From Pseudomonadota bacterium (GTDB lineage Bacteria > Pseudomonadota > Gammaproteobacteria > Burkholderiales > Burkholderiaceae_C): a stretch of 49,096 nt of DNA. The notes under the pieces were generated by a model, which searched no databases, had not been told where the DNA came from, and was given only the letters and a program-made list of their open reading frames with translations. Shown here piece after piece: positions 29,098-39,624 of the stretch. Within the stretch, counting starts at the first letter, position 1. Every line of letters starts with the position of its first letter. Both the position numbers and the translations under genes were made by a program. The DNA lies in contig JAEZKX010000178.1 of NCBI GenBank assembly GCA_023436025.1, forward strand, positions 1 to 49,096. Direction: 5' to 3'.

Positions 29098-31346
29098 GGA
29101 CTTCTCCCTGAATTTCCAACCGCGAGGCTGTCATAGACATCCTCGTACTTCTGCACCATCACGTCCGGATCGAACTTGCGGACGGCATGCGGCACCTCCT
29201 CGATCATGCGTCGATATGCGCGCTCGTCCACCGCCAGATGGCTGATGAGCTGGGCAAGGGTTTCGATGGGAACAGCGCGATCGACCAGCCCGAACACGGC
29301 GCCCGCGAGCCCCGAGCGTCCTTGCAGCATCCCCGGGATTTCGCCGATGGCGCTGGCCACCATGGGACGGCCGGCCCACAGGCAGTCGATGAGAACCAGC
29401 GGCGCGCTTTCCCCTTCGAAGCGCGATGGCAGCAAGCCGAGGTCGCTCATGGCGAAATAGTCACGTACGTTGGCCCGGAAACCAAGGAAGTGGATCGTCT
29501 CGCACTCGAACATGGGTCGCAAGCGCTGGAACTCCTCTCCTTCACCGATGAGCACGAGATGGATGGTCCGGCCGCAGGATGCCTGGGCCGCCCGCACGGC
29601 CCGGATCGCCTCTTCCCAGCCCTTTTCGGGAATGGCGCGCGAGACCAAGCAGCAAACGAAATCGTCCGCCGCGATGCCCAGCGACCCACGGTCCACCGCG
29701 CGCATCTCCCGGCGAGGCAGGGCGTTGTCGATGCGCACGAAGCGCTTGCGTGCCTGGAAGTCGGGGCTGAAAGGCTTCAGATTCTTTTCAGCGGTGTAGA
29801 CGATCCGGTCCAGCGCCCGGTCCATGCGGGGCAGCAGATCAGCCAGCGCATCGCCCGACATGCTCTCGTACATGCCATGCATGGTCACCAGCTGCCGGGT
29901 CTGCGGATGCCGGGCCAGGCAGTCGGCGAGCACCATGTCGGCCCAGGCGTGATGGGAGTGCGCGATCTCGATGCCGAGGTGGTCGCACAGGGCGCCGATG
30001 GCGCCCAGGTGCTCGAGTTCGAACAAGGGGACCGCCGGATCCAGCATCCGGCGCACGCCGGGTTCGGTCGGTGCATGGCGCAGGTTCAGGAAGCTCACCG
30101 CGTGACCGCGTCGCTTCAACGCATTGGCGAGATTGATGGGGAAGGTCTCGCCGCCGCCCGCGATGAGCGCGAAGCCCACCATCAGGAGATTCGGGCTGCG
30201 CTCGCCGGCAGTCGCGCGCGCCCTGGACAGGCTGTAGAGGCGGTCGAACTCCGCTTGCGCATCGAAACCATTGCGCGTGCACCACTCCCCGTACAGACGA
30301 TCCCTCTGGGACTGCAGGATGTCCGGCTGAAGCTTGTACAGGCGCAGCAAGGTGGACGCGACGACCTCCGCCTCCCGATAGTAGGTTTCGGCCTTGCGAA
30401 CGTTGTGGGATGTGCCGGCGTCGTGCTGGCGGTAGTAGTTCGTCGTTCCGGGGCTGTAGCCCACCAGGCCGCCCCGGACCAGGTGGAGGTAGAAGATCCA
30501 GTCACCGCACAGCCGCAGCGACTTCCAGCCAGCGTCCGAAAGAAGCGGCATCGCGCCGGGGTGGCGGAAGACGGCGCTGCTCGCATTGGGCACCACGTTC
30601 TTGCGCGCCCACGCCTGGTTGACGAGCCAATGCGCAGAGCGGATGAACGGCTGCCCCACCAAGTCGGCAAGGCAGTCGGCGAGGTGCTCAGCCGTCGTCC
30701 AGATGGTCTGGCCACCGCTTTCCACGAACTCCGTGCGCGAAAACGCCAGCGTCACGGCCTCGTTTCGGAAGAAGCGAACCAGTTCCCGCAGGAAGTTCGC
30801 ATCGCAGTAATCGTCGCTTTCGGCGATCCACACCAGTTCGCCGCGGGCGAGCTCCAGCCCCTTGTTCCACTGGTTGAAGACGCCGCCTGAATTGGCCTCG
30901 TTGAAGAAGGTCCGCGTCCGGTCGGCATGCCGGGTGGCGTACTCCAGCAGGATCTCCCGACTGCCGTCCGTCGAACAATCGTCGAGCAGGATGACCTCGA
31001 AGTTGTCGTACTCCTGGCCATAGATGGAATCGAGGCGCTGGCGCAGGTAGGACGCATGGTTGTAGTTCGGCACGATCACCGAAACCCGGGGCGCGAAGGC
31101 CGTGTCGTCCGGCGGCACCGCACAGGCCGGCAAGGCGCCGGCCGTGCCGCCCGCCGGGGCGTGCCCGGCCGCATCCGCCAGCACGGCGGCACGGCGCCAC
31201 AAGCCGCGCCATCCCTCGTTCCTGAACACCCGCAGGGCCTTGCGCGCCACGAGGGTCGCGGAGCCATAGAACGCGACGGCCCGCCGGGCGCCGCGGATCG
31301 CCCGCACAATCCCGGCGCCGCCGCGCCTGAACGATCCAGCCGTCAC
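29079..31346 (-). CDS. Bifunctional GT2+GT4 glycosyltransferase
   Basis: VSVIVPNYNH..WIAESDD, then GGGE..LGFRANV..PSRFEGESAPLVLID. GTGA overlap with wzt. Confidence 0.92.
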   Translation of the reverse strand: MTAGSFRRGGAGIVRAIRGARRAVAFYGSATLVARKALRVFRNEGWRGLWRRAAVLADAAGHAPAGGTAGALPACAVPPDDTAFAPRVSVIVPNYNHASYLRQRLDSIYGQEYDNFEVILLDDCSTDGSREILLEYATRHADRTRTFFNEANSGGVFNQWNKGLELARGELVWIAESDDYCDANFLRELVRFFRNEAVTLAFSRTEFVESGGQTIWTTAEHLADCLADLVGQPFIRSAHWLVNQAWARKNVVPNASSAVFRHPGAMPLLSDAGWKSLRLCGDWIFYLHLVRGGLVGYSPGTTNYYRQHDAGTSHNVRKAETYYREAEVVASTLLRLYKLQPDILQSQRDRLYGEWCTRNGFDAQAEFDRLYSLSRARATAGERSPNLLMVGFALIAGGGETFPINLANALKRRGHAVSFLNLRHAPTEPGVRRMLDPAVPLFELEHLGAIGALCDHLGIEIAHSHHAWADMVLADCLARHPQTRQLVTMHGMYESMSGDALADLLPRMDRALDRIVYTAEKNLKPFSPDFQARKRFVRIDNALPRREMRAVDRGSLGIAADDFVCCLVSRAIPEKGWEEAIRAVRAAQASCGRTIHLVLIGEGEEFQRLRPMFECETIHFLGFRANVRDYFAMSDLGLLPSRFEGESAPLVLIDCLWAGRPMVASAIGEIPGMLQGRSGLAGAVFGLVDRAVPIETLAQLISHLAVDERAYRRMIEEVPHAVRKFDPDVMVQKYEDVYDSLAVGNSGRSPCEKLA

Positions 31347-32776
31347 GAACCCACCGCCTCCCCCGGCTGCGCGGCGGCCGCCGGTTGCGTCACCCCCAGA
31401 CGGATATCGAGCATGGGAATGCCGATCAGCCCGGTGGACACCGCCTCGTGGTGCGCCCGCACCACGAGGGCGTCATGGATCCAGTGCAGCTGGCGATGAT
31501 CCGCTTGCGTGCCCTCGGCGAGCGCCACCTGGAAGACGTAGTCGCCTTGTGCCAGCCATGGCATGTAGAACTCGAACTCCGCCGCGAACGACTCCCCCGC
31601 GCTGACCTGCAGCGGCTGGCCTGCGCAGGCCAGGAAGCTGTTGTCGCCGAAGAGGCTCTGGCCGAGGCGGTCCCGGAGCATGAAGCCGAAGATCGGACTG
31701 CGCAGGTCGATCGCGGCCACGGCCTCGATGCGCATCACGACCCGCTCGCCACCGACGACCCAGCTCAGCGGCTGGCCTTCGGCGTCGAGCAGGCGGACGT
31801 CCTGGATCGTGGCCTCCGTGCCACCGAATTGCGCACGTTCCTCCTGTTCGCGGAAGCGGAACACCTCGAGGTCATTCCTCAGATTGCTGCCATTGACGAT
31901 GGCCGTACGCTGGTCCTTCCAGACCAGTCCGGGCTGCCTCAGCCGCTGGATGCGCGTCGCTGCGGCCTGCGCCGAGGCCGGAGCCGGCGCAGGGCTGGCG
32001 GCGTTGGCCTGGAGGGCGCCGAACAGGTCGTCCAGGTACATCTCGCACACCTGTTTGGCGGCGCCCTGCTCCCGCACCTGTCCCGCCTGCAGCCACAGCG
32101 CCCGGTCGCACAGGTTCATGACCGAACCGGAATCGTGGCTGACGTAGAGCAGCGATCCGTGCTCCCTGAACTTGCGGATGAAGCGCATGCACTTCTGTGT
32201 GAACAGCGCGTCGCCCACCGCCAGCGCCTCGTCCACCACGAGGATGTCGGCGTCCACATGCGCGATGACGGCGAATGCCAGGCGCACGAACATGCCGCTG
32301 GAGTACATCTTCACCGGCTGTTCGAGGAACTCGCCGATGTCGGCGAACGCGGCGATGGCATCGAAGCGCGCGTCGATCTCCTCGCTGGTGAGGCCGAGCA
32401 AGGTGGCGTTCATGCGGACGTTCTCCCGCCCGGTGAACTCCGGATTGAAGCCCGCGCCGAGTTCGAGCAGCGCCGCGATCCGCCCGGAGGTTTCCACCCG
32501 GCCGGTGGTCGGGCTGAGCGTTCCGCAGAGGATCTGCAGCAGCGTGGATTTGCCCGATCCGTTGCGCCCGATGATGCCGATCGCTTCCCCGCGCCGCAAT
32601 TCGAACGACACGTCCCGCAGGGCCCAGAAATCCCGGTAGTACTGCGCCGGGCGCAGCCCGACAGCCCGGCGCAGGTGGGGCAACACGAACTGCTTCAGGC
32701 GGTCGCGCGGAGTCTCGTAGATGTGGTACGCCTTGCCCACGCCTTGCGCCCGCACCGCAACATCGCTAGAGGACAT
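31343..32776 (-). CDS. wzt: Polysaccharide ABC exporter ATPase with C-terminal Wzt_C carbohydrate-binding domain
   Basis: GRNGSGKST, YSSGMFVRLAF, VDEALAVGD; long beta-rich C-terminal extension. ATG 32776. Confidence 0.95.
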   Translation of the reverse strand: MSSSDVAVRAQGVGKAYHIYETPRDRLKQFVLPHLRRAVGLRPAQYYRDFWALRDVSFELRRGEAIGIIGRNGSGKSTLLQILCGTLSPTTGRVETSGRIAALLELGAGFNPEFTGRENVRMNATLLGLTSEEIDARFDAIAAFADIGEFLEQPVKMYSSGMFVRLAFAVIAHVDADILVVDEALAVGDALFTQKCMRFIRKFREHGSLLYVSHDSGSVMNLCDRALWLQAGQVREQGAAKQVCEMYLDDLFGALQANAASPAPAPASAQAAATRIQRLRQPGLVWKDQRTAIVNGSNLRNDLEVFRFREQEERAQFGGTEATIQDVRLLDAEGQPLSWVVGGERVVMRIEAVAAIDLRSPIFGFMLRDRLGQSLFGDNSFLACAGQPLQVSAGESFAAEFEFYMPWLAQGDYVFQVALAEGTQADHRQLHWIHDALVVRAHHEAVSTGLIGIPMLDIRLGVTQPAAAAQPGEAVGS

Positions 32777-33599
32777 CGGCGAACCCCTTGCGCGTCTTCT
32801 GGAACCAGGCATAACCCGCCCATCCCGTCAACACGGCGAGCGACGAATAGAGCAGCCATCCGCTCCAGTCGGGAAGCTGGCCGAACACCAGCACCATGCG
32901 GCTTTGCTCGATGACGAAGGTCAACGGGTTCGCCTGCATCCAGGGCCGGAAGAACTCGGGCACGGCCGTGATCGGGAAGAACACGGGCGAAAGAAAGAGC
33001 AGCACCGTCGTCAGGAGACCGACGACCTGGCCGACGTCGCGCATGAAGACCCCCAGGGATGCAAGCGCCCATGCCACGCCCAGCGTCAGGACCACCAAAG
33101 GCGCCAACACCACGGGAAACAGCACCACCGTCCAGGGGATCGCACCGGTGGCGATGAAGACGCCAGCGAGCAGAACCACGAGGCTCACGGCGGCATGGAA
33201 CAGGGCGGCCCCCATGGTCACGACCGGCAGGATCTCGAGCGGGAACACGACCCGCTTGACGAAATTCACATGGCCCAGAACCAGGCTTGGCGCGCGGGTC
33301 ACGACTTCGGCGAACAACCCGTGCACGATGAGGCCGACGAAAAGCATGATCGCGAACTGGCCACGGTTGTCCGCGCCGGCGCTGTTCGGCCACCGCGCCT
33401 GCAGGACGACCGAGAACACGAACGTGTAGACCGTCAGCATGAGCAGGGGCGTCAACAGCGACCACAGAAGCCCGAAAAAGGAACCTCTGTAGCGCCCGAC
33501 GACTTCCCTGTGGATCATCGCGGCCAGCAGCCCACGGTTGTGCCAGACGCTTCCAACCATGGCGAACGGGGACGTCCGCGCCGCCGCATGGGGATTCAC
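32766..33599 (-). CDS. wzm: Polysaccharide ABC exporter permease
   Basis: REVVGRYRGSFFGLLW, VKRVVFPLEILP, NPLT, FQKTRKGFADVL. GTG 33599 overlaps the rmlC stop. Confidence 0.95.
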   Translation of the reverse strand: MNPHAAARTSPFAMVGSVWHNRGLLAAMIHREVVGRYRGSFFGLLWSLLTPLLMLTVYTFVFSVVLQARWPNSAGADNRGQFAIMLFVGLIVHGLFAEVVTRAPSLVLGHVNFVKRVVFPLEILPVVTMGAALFHAAVSLVVLLAGVFIATGAIPWTVVLFPVVLAPLVVLTLGVAWALASLGVFMRDVGQVVGLLTTVLLFLSPVFFPITAVPEFFRPWMQANPLTFVIEQSRMVLVFGQLPDWSGWLLYSSLAVLTGWAGYAWFQKTRKGFADVL

Positions 33600-34141
33600 G
33601 GGTAGACCTCGGCGTCGCGCAGCAACACGCCGGCCTGGTCCTTCGCCGAAAGCTGGGGCGTGATGTCCGCCGGCCACTCGATGCCGATATCCGGATCGTT
33701 CCAGGCGATGCAACGCTCGTGCTCGGGCGCGTAGTAGTCGGTGGTCTTGTAGAGAAAGTCGGCGCTCTCGCTCAACACCAGGAAGCCATGCGCGAAGCCC
33801 GGCGGGATCCAGAGTTGGCGGAAGCCGTCCTCCGTGAGCTCGACGGCCACGTATTGCCCGAACGTCGGAGAGCTGCGGCGCACGTCCACGGCCACGTCCA
33901 GCACGGCACCCCGCACGACCCGCACCAGCTTGCCCTGCGCCTGCCGGACCTGGTAGTGCAGGCCGCGCAGGACGCCCTTGGCGCTGCGGCTGTGGTTGTC
34001 CTGGACGAACTGGGGCCGCACGCCGCAAGCCTCCTCGAATGCCTGTTGATTGAAGCTTTCCAGGAAGAAGCCGCGGGCGTCTCCGAACACCTTTGGCTCG
34101 ATCACCAGGATGTCGGGGATGGCGGTAGGGATCACTTTCAT
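33596..34141 (-). CDS. rmlC: dTDP-4-dehydrorhamnose 3,5-epimerase
   Basis: FGDARGFFLESF, QDNHSRS..GVLRGLHYQ, PPGFAHGF. Confidence 0.98.
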   Translation of the reverse strand: MKVIPTAIPDILVIEPKVFGDARGFFLESFNQQAFEEACGVRPQFVQDNHSRSAKGVLRGLHYQVRQAQGKLVRVVRGAVLDVAVDVRRSSPTFGQYVAVELTEDGFRQLWIPPGFAHGFLVLSESADFLYKTTDYYAPEHERCIAWNDPDIGIEWPADITPQLSAKDQAGVLLRDAEVYP

Positions 34142-34285
34142 GTCATTCGCGTCCTGTGCTTCGCAAGCACGTTGACCTTGGAATTGCGGGGATCAGCGGG
34201 CGTCGGCGAGACACCCGGCGCGACATGGCATCGCTCCAGGGCGGCGGCGCTCGGCGCGCCACCTGACAGCGGCCACGACGGCGGG

Positions 34286-35176
34286 TCAGGTCCGGCCCTT
34301 CCCCTCGCGCAGGATGTGCATCAGGTACCGGCCATAGCCGTTCTTGGCCAGGGGCTGCGCCAGGCGTTCGAGCTGGCCGTCGTCGATGAAGCCGGCGCGC
34401 CAGGCGATCTCTTCCGGACAGGCGATCTTCAGGCCCTGGCGGTGCTCCAGCGTGGCGATGAACTGGCTGGCCTCCAGCAGGCTGTCGTGCGTGCCGGTGT
34501 CCAGCCAGGCATAGCCGCGCTGCATGATCTGCACCGACAGGCCGCCCTGGTCGAGGTAGGCCTGGTTCACCGAGGTGATCTCCAGTTCGCCGCGCGCGCT
34601 GGGCTTGACCGCCTTGGCGATGTCGACCACCTGGTTGTCGTAGAAGTACAGGCCGGTCACCGCATAGTTGCTCTTGGGCTGCTTCGGCTTTTCCTCGATG
34701 CTGCTGGCGCGGCCCTGCGCGTCGAAGGCGACCACGCCATAGCGTTCCGGGTCCTGCACATGGTAGGCGAAGACCGTGGCGCCTTCGCGCTGGGCGTCGG
34801 CGCCTTCCAGCAGCGAAGCGAGGTCGTGGCCGTAGAAGATGTTGTCGCCCAGCACCAGCGCGCTCGGGTCCTTGCCGATGAACTGCTCGCCGATCAGGAA
34901 GGCCTGCGCCAGGCCGTCCGGGCTGGGCTGCACCGCGTACTGGATGTTCATGCCCCACTGAGCGCCGTCGCCCAGCAGCTGCTGGAAGCGCGGGGTGTCC
35001 TGCGGCGTGCTGATCACCAGGATCTCGCGCATGCCCGCCAGCATCAGCGTGCCCAGCGGGTAGTAGATCATCGGCTTGTCGTAGACCGGCAGCAATTGCT
35101 TGCTGATGGCGAGCGTCGCCGGATGCAGCCGCGTGCCGGAGCCGCCGGCGAGGATGATGCCTTTGCGTCGGGTCAT
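34286..35176 (-). CDS. rmlA: Glucose-1-phosphate thymidylyltransferase
   Basis: [39 protein letters not shown] 35176. Confidence 0.98.
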   Translation of the reverse strand: MTRRKGIILAGGSGTRLHPATLAISKQLLPVYDKPMIYYPLGTLMLAGMREILVISTPQDTPRFQQLLGDGAQWGMNIQYAVQPSPDGLAQAFLIGEQFIGKDPSALVLGDNIFYGHDLASLLEGADAQREGATVFAYHVQDPERYGVVAFDAQGRASSIEEKPKQPKSNYAVTGLYFYDNQVVDIAKAVKPSARGELEITSVNQAYLDQGGLSVQIMQRGYAWLDTGTHDSLLEASQFIATLEHRQGLKIACPEEIAWRAGFIDDGQLERLAQPLAKNGYGRYLMHILREGKGRT

Positions 35177-35181
35177 GGGAG

Positions 35182-36075
35182 TCAGATGATTTCTTGCACC
35201 AACCGGGCCACGCCCTGCTGCCAGGGCGGCAGGGACAGGTCGAAGGCCGCGCGAAAGCGGCGGGTGTCCAGGCGCGAATTGAGCGGGCGGCGCGCCGGTG
35301 TCGGAAATGCCGAAGTGGGAACCGGCTGGACCTGCGCGGGCCCGGCGCGCAGGGCTTCCCCGGCTTGCTGCACCTGCTCCAGCACGAAGCGGGCGTAGCC
35401 GTTCCAGGTGGTTTCGCCGCCGGCGGCCACGTGGTAGATGCCGGCCTTGTCCGGTGCCGCCATCAGGGCCCGCAAGGCATGCGCCGTGACGTCGGCCAGC
35501 AGGTCGGCGCCGGTGGGCGCGCCCACCTGGTCGTCGATGACCGTCAGCGTCTCGCGCTCGCGCGCCAGCCGCAGCATGGTCTTGGCGAAATTGCCGCCGC
35601 GCGCGCCATAGACCCAGCTGGTGCGGAGCACCAGGTGGCGCGGCAACGCACGGGCAATGGCCTGCTCGCCTTCCAGCTTGGTGCGACCGTAAACGCTCAG
35701 CGGCCCGGTCGCGTCGTCCTCGCGCCAAGGGCGCTCGCCGCCGCCGTCGAACACGTAGTCGGTCGAATAGTGCACCAGCGCGGCGCCCACCCGTGCCGCC
35801 GCTTCGGCGAGCACGCCGGGTGCCAGTGCATTGACGGTGCGTGCCAGCTCGGGTTCGGACTCCGCCTTGTCGACCGACGTGTGGGCCGCGGCATTGACGA
35901 CGGCGTCGGGCCGGACCTCGGCCACCGTGCGCGCCAGGCCGGCGAGATCTGTGAAGTCGCCGCACAGGCCGGACGCGCCGGCCGAGCCGAGCGCCACCAC
36001 CTCGCCCAGCGGCGCCAGGCTGCGCTGCAGCTCCCAGCCCACCTGGCCATTGCGCCCGAACAGCAGGATCTTCAT
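35182..36075 (-). CDS. rmlD: dTDP-4-dehydrorhamnose reductase
   Basis: [31 protein letters not shown]. Confidence 0.98.
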   Translation of the reverse strand: MKILLFGRNGQVGWELQRSLAPLGEVVALGSAGASGLCGDFTDLAGLARTVAEVRPDAVVNAAAHTSVDKAESEPELARTVNALAPGVLAEAAARVGAALVHYSTDYVFDGGGERPWREDDATGPLSVYGRTKLEGEQAIARALPRHLVLRTSWVYGARGGNFAKTMLRLARERETLTVIDDQVGAPTGADLLADVTAHALRALMAAPDKAGIYHVAAGGETTWNGYARFVLEQVQQAGEALRAGPAQVQPVPTSAFPTPARRPLNSRLDTRRFRAAFDLSLPPWQQGVARLVQEII

Positions 36076-36084
36076 GCGCTACCC

Positions 36085-37149
36085 TCAGGCCGCCTGCGCG
36101 TACTGCGCCGCGATCCACTCGCGGTAGGCCCCGCTTTGCACGCGCTGCACCCAGTCGCCGTTGGCCAGGTACCACTGCACCGTCTTGCGGATGCCGGTCT
36201 CGAAGGTCTCGGCCGGCTTCCAGCCAAGCTCGCGTTCGATCTTGCGCGCATCGATGGCGTAGCGCCGGTCGTGGCCCGGGCGGTCCTTGACGTAGGCGAT
36301 CTGCTCGGCATAGCTCTTGCCGTCGGCGCGCGGACGCAGTTCGTCGAGCAGCGCACAGACCGTGCGCACGATCTCGATGTTGGGCTTCTCGTTCCAGCCG
36401 CCCACGTTGTAGGTCTCGCCCAGCCGGCCCGCCTCCAGCACCCGGCGGATGGCGCTGCAGTGGTCGCCCACGTACAGCCAGTCGCGCACCTGCATGCCGT
36501 CGCCATACACCGGCAGCGGCTTGCCGGCCAGCGCGTTGACGATCATCAGCGGGATCAGCTTCTCGGGGAAGTGGAAGGGACCGTAGTTGTTGGAGCAGTT
36601 GGTGGTGAGCACCGGCAGGCCGTAGGTGTGGTGCCAGGCGCGCACCAGGTGGTCGCTGGCCGCCTTGCTCGCGGAATAGGGGCTGTTGGGCTCGTAGCGG
36701 TGCTGCTCGGTGAAGGCTGGTGCTTCGGGCTCGAGCGAACCGTAAACCTCGTCGGTGGACACGTGCAGGAAGCGGAAGCCCTCGCGCGCCGCGCCCTGCA
36801 GGCCGCTCCAGTAGCCACGCACCGCATCGAGCAGGCGGAAGGTGCCGACCACGTTGGTCTCGATGAAGGTGCCCGGACCGTGGATGGAGCGGTCCACATG
36901 CGACTCGGCGGCGAAGTTGACGACCGCGCGCGGCTGGTGGCGCTGCAGCAGTTGCGCCACAAGTTCGGCATCGCCAATGTCGCCATGCACGAACAGGTGG
37001 CGGGAGTCGCCCTCGAGGGCCTGCAGGTTCTCGCGGTTACCGGCATAGGTCAGCTTGTCGAGGTTGACCACTCCTTCGCCGCCGGCTTCCAGCCAGTCCA
37101 GCACGAAGTTGGAGCCGATGAAACCGGCCCCGCCAGTGACGAGAATCAT
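36085..37149 (-). CDS. rmlB: dTDP-glucose 4,6-dehydratase
   Basis: [46 protein letters not shown] 37149. Confidence 0.98.
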   Translation of the reverse strand: MILVTGGAGFIGSNFVLDWLEAGGEGVVNLDKLTYAGNRENLQALEGDSRHLFVHGDIGDAELVAQLLQRHQPRAVVNFAAESHVDRSIHGPGTFIETNVVGTFRLLDAVRGYWSGLQGAAREGFRFLHVSTDEVYGSLEPEAPAFTEQHRYEPNSPYSASKAASDHLVRAWHHTYGLPVLTTNCSNNYGPFHFPEKLIPLMIVNALAGKPLPVYGDGMQVRDWLYVGDHCSAIRRVLEAGRLGETYNVGGWNEKPNIEIVRTVCALLDELRPRADGKSYAEQIAYVKDRPGHDRRYAIDARKIERELGWKPAETFETGIRKTVQWYLANGDWVQRVQSGAYREWIAAQYAQAA

Positions 37150-37389
37150 GCATACCCCCTTGAACGCACGCCGTCTGCCGACGCGCCAAAAGCCCCGGAT
37201 TATGTCACCCATGTGTAATGGCTTTGCTTACAGCGGCATGGCTTAAATGCCGCAAAAAGTGAGGCTGCGCATCACATTCTTGGCACCGGCGATGCGGTTT
37301 GCGGACCCGCGCCGATTAGGCAGGCCTCCCTAGCCATGGCGGGCCTCGCGGTCGTAAAGTCAGGGCAGCCAGACACACCGGAGACAGCC

Positions 37390-37929
37390 ATGGTCAGGAA
37401 AATCCACAAGGGCGGTGACGCCGACGATGCAAGCGGCGAAGGAACTCCGGGCAGCGCGGGGCGCAAGTCCGGGCCGCCCCTGTCCGATACCGTCAGGGCC
37501 TCGGCGCAGCAGATCTGGCTGGCCGGCCTGGGCGCCTTTTCCAAGGCGCAGGAAGAAGGCGGCAAGGTGTTCGAGGCGCTGGTGAAGGAAGGCGTGACGC
37601 TGCAACGCAGGACGCAGGACGCCGCCGAAGGCACGCTGAACGAAGCCACGACACGCATGAGCTCGATGGCCAGCGAATTCTCGGCCAGGGCTTCCGGCCA
37701 ATGGGACAAGCTGGAAACCATCTTCGAGGAACGCGTCGCCCGGGCTCTGAAGACGCTGGGCGTGCCGACGGCGCGGGAAGTCGCGACGCTCGCCGCCCGC
37801 GTCGAGGAGCTGGACCGCCGCATCGCACAAATGAGTGACGCAGGCACCCGCGGTCCGGCGGCGAAGAAGGCGGCCGGCAAGGTGGTGCGCAAGCGCGCGC
37901 CCGCGCGCAAGCGTCCCGCCTCCGACTGA
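37390..37929 (+). CDS. PHA granule-associated phasin (PhaF/PhaI-like) with basic C-terminal tail
   Basis: QIWLAGLGAFSKAQEEGGKVFEALVKEG, WDKLETIFEERVARAL..LGVP; AAKKAA/RKR tail. GGAG before ATG 37390. Confidence 0.9.
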   Translation: MVRKIHKGGDADDASGEGTPGSAGRKSGPPLSDTVRASAQQIWLAGLGAFSKAQEEGGKVFEALVKEGVTLQRRTQDAAEGTLNEATTRMSSMASEFSARASGQWDKLETIFEERVARALKTLGVPTAREVATLAARVEELDRRIAQMSDAGTRGPAAKKAAGKVVRKRAPARKRPASD

Positions 37930-37944
37930 GCGCCGGTCGCACGT

Positions 37945-37956
37945 TGCGCTGCAGCA
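37945..37956 (+). promoter_or_regulatory. Candidate PhaR-type box
   Basis: TGCGCTGCAGCA fits TGCRNYGCASMA, a consensus recalled for alphaproteobacterial PhaR; lies upstream of the TetR gene. Confidence 0.4.
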
Positions 37957-38100
37957 TGCGGCGGCGCCGCGCGCGGCTAGACTGCGCGTTCATGACGGCA
38001 CGTCGCGCGCAGGAACATCCGCCCCACGGCCTTGCCCCGCGAGGCAATCGGCGCGTTGGCGGGCTCCATCGGCCGGCGGCCCGGCTTCGGGCCGGGTGAC

Positions 38101-38763
38101 ATGGCCAGGAAGGCGCCCCGCCGGACCGCCGAACGCATCCTCGAGGTCACGCTCGACCTCTTCAATCGCTTCGGCGAGCCCAATGTTTCCACCACGCTGA
38201 TCTCGGCCGAACTCGACATCAGCCCGGGCAACCTGTACTACCACTACCCCGCGAAGGACGCGCTGATCGACGCGCTGTTCGACCGGTATGCGCAGGCGCT
38301 GCACCCCCTGCTCGCGGCCGCCGATGGCGTGCGCGACGTCGAGGACGCCTGGTTCTTCCTGCACACGCTGTTCGAGCGGCTGTGGCAGTACCGTTTCCTG
38401 TACCGCGACCTGAACGATCTGCTGTCGAAGAACCGACGCCTGGAGACGCACTTCCAGGCCCTGCTCCTCGACAAGGCCGGGGCCATCCGCGCGTTGCTGG
38501 ACGGCATGCGCCGCTCGGGCGCCGTGCACATCGAGACGGCCGAGGCCGGCCCCACCGCCACCAGCATGGTGGTGGTGATGACGTACTGGCTGAGTTACGA
38601 ATATGTCCGCGATCCCCGGCGCGCACTCGAGCCTGAGCGGGCGCAGGCCGCGCTGCTGCGCGGGGCGCACCATGTTCTCCATCTGCTGGTACCCTATCTC
38701 GAACCGGCGCAGCGGTCCCACCTGCTGCAGCTGGCCGGCGCGTACGGCACCACCGCCGACTGA
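38101..38763 (+). CDS. TetR-family regulator, PhaD-like
   Basis: RILEVTLDLFNRFGEPNVSTTLISAELDISPGNLYYHY resembles the Pseudomonas PhaD N-terminus; adjacent to a phasin. Confidence 0.88.
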   Translation: MARKAPRRTAERILEVTLDLFNRFGEPNVSTTLISAELDISPGNLYYHYPAKDALIDALFDRYAQALHPLLAAADGVRDVEDAWFFLHTLFERLWQYRFLYRDLNDLLSKNRRLETHFQALLLDKAGAIRALLDGMRRSGAVHIETAEAGPTATSMVVVMTYWLSYEYVRDPRRALEPERAQAALLRGAHHVLHLLVPYLEPAQRSHLLQLAGAYGTTAD

Positions 38764-38785
38764 CGCGCTGCACCGAGGAGACAAC

Positions 38786-39559
38786 ATGGCCAGGTGGACG
38801 GTCTTTCCCAACGCGGGCGAGTTCCGGTTCGACGCGGACAGCACCCGCCGCCTGTGGTCCCGGCTGCACGCCGGCGACGCCGAACCGCTGCCCGCCGACG
38901 AGGCCGTGCTGCGGGCCTGGGCACTGTTCCACAACGGCGAATTCGAACAGGCCGTGGCCGCGGGCCTGGCCGCGGGCGGCGCCGGCATCACCGTTGCCAA
39001 CAAGGCCACCTGCCTTTACGCCAATTACCTCGAGAAGCAGGAAAAGGACCGCCTGGACCTGTTCCAGGAAGCGGCGCGGCGTGCCGAGGCCCAGGCTGCG
39101 GCCGATCCGGACAACTTCAACGCCTGGTACTGGCTGGCCTATGCGCTGGGCCGCTACAGCCAGGGCGTCAGCGTCGCCAAGGCCCTGGCGCAGGGCCTGG
39201 GCGGCAAGGTGAAGGACGCCCTGGAGCGGGTGATCCGCCTGCAGCCGCGCCATGCGGATGCGCACGTCGCGCTGGGCGCCTTCCATGCGGAAGTGATCGA
39301 CAAGGTCGGCTCGCTAATCGGCAGCATGACCTATGGCGCGAAGAAGGACGTCGGCCTGAAGATGTTCCGCGACGCACTCGCGATCCACCCGGCCTCGCCC
39401 ATCGCGCTGATCGAATACGCCAATGGGCTGGTGATGCTGGAAGGCGAGCACAAGCTGGCGGAAGCCACCCGCCTCTACCGCCAGGCTGCCGCGCTGGAGC
39501 CGGTCGACGCGGCCGAACAGCTCGATATCGAACTGGCGCGCGCGGAGTTGGTGGAGTAG
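38786..39559 (+). CDS. Conserved TPR-like helical protein
   Basis: GAGGAG RBS before ATG 38786; TPR patterns AWYWLAYALG, ADAHVALG, IALIEYANGL. Confidence 0.82.
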   Translation: MARWTVFPNAGEFRFDADSTRRLWSRLHAGDAEPLPADEAVLRAWALFHNGEFEQAVAAGLAAGGAGITVANKATCLYANYLEKQEKDRLDLFQEAARRAEAQAAADPDNFNAWYWLAYALGRYSQGVSVAKALAQGLGGKVKDALERVIRLQPRHADAHVALGAFHAEVIDKVGSLIGSMTYGAKKDVGLKMFRDALAIHPASPIALIEYANGLVMLEGEHKLAEATRLYRQAAALEPVDAAEQLDIELARAELVE

Positions 39560-39624
39560 CCGAGGGCGTCTGGACAGCAACCGACTGCCAACCGCCAGAC
39601 AGCCAGACTGCGCCAGGGATCCAG

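Noticed and set aside
37150..37389. JUMPstart/ops element upstream of rmlB
   Set aside because: No GGCGGTAG found on the coding strand; only a relatively AT-rich divergent promoter region.
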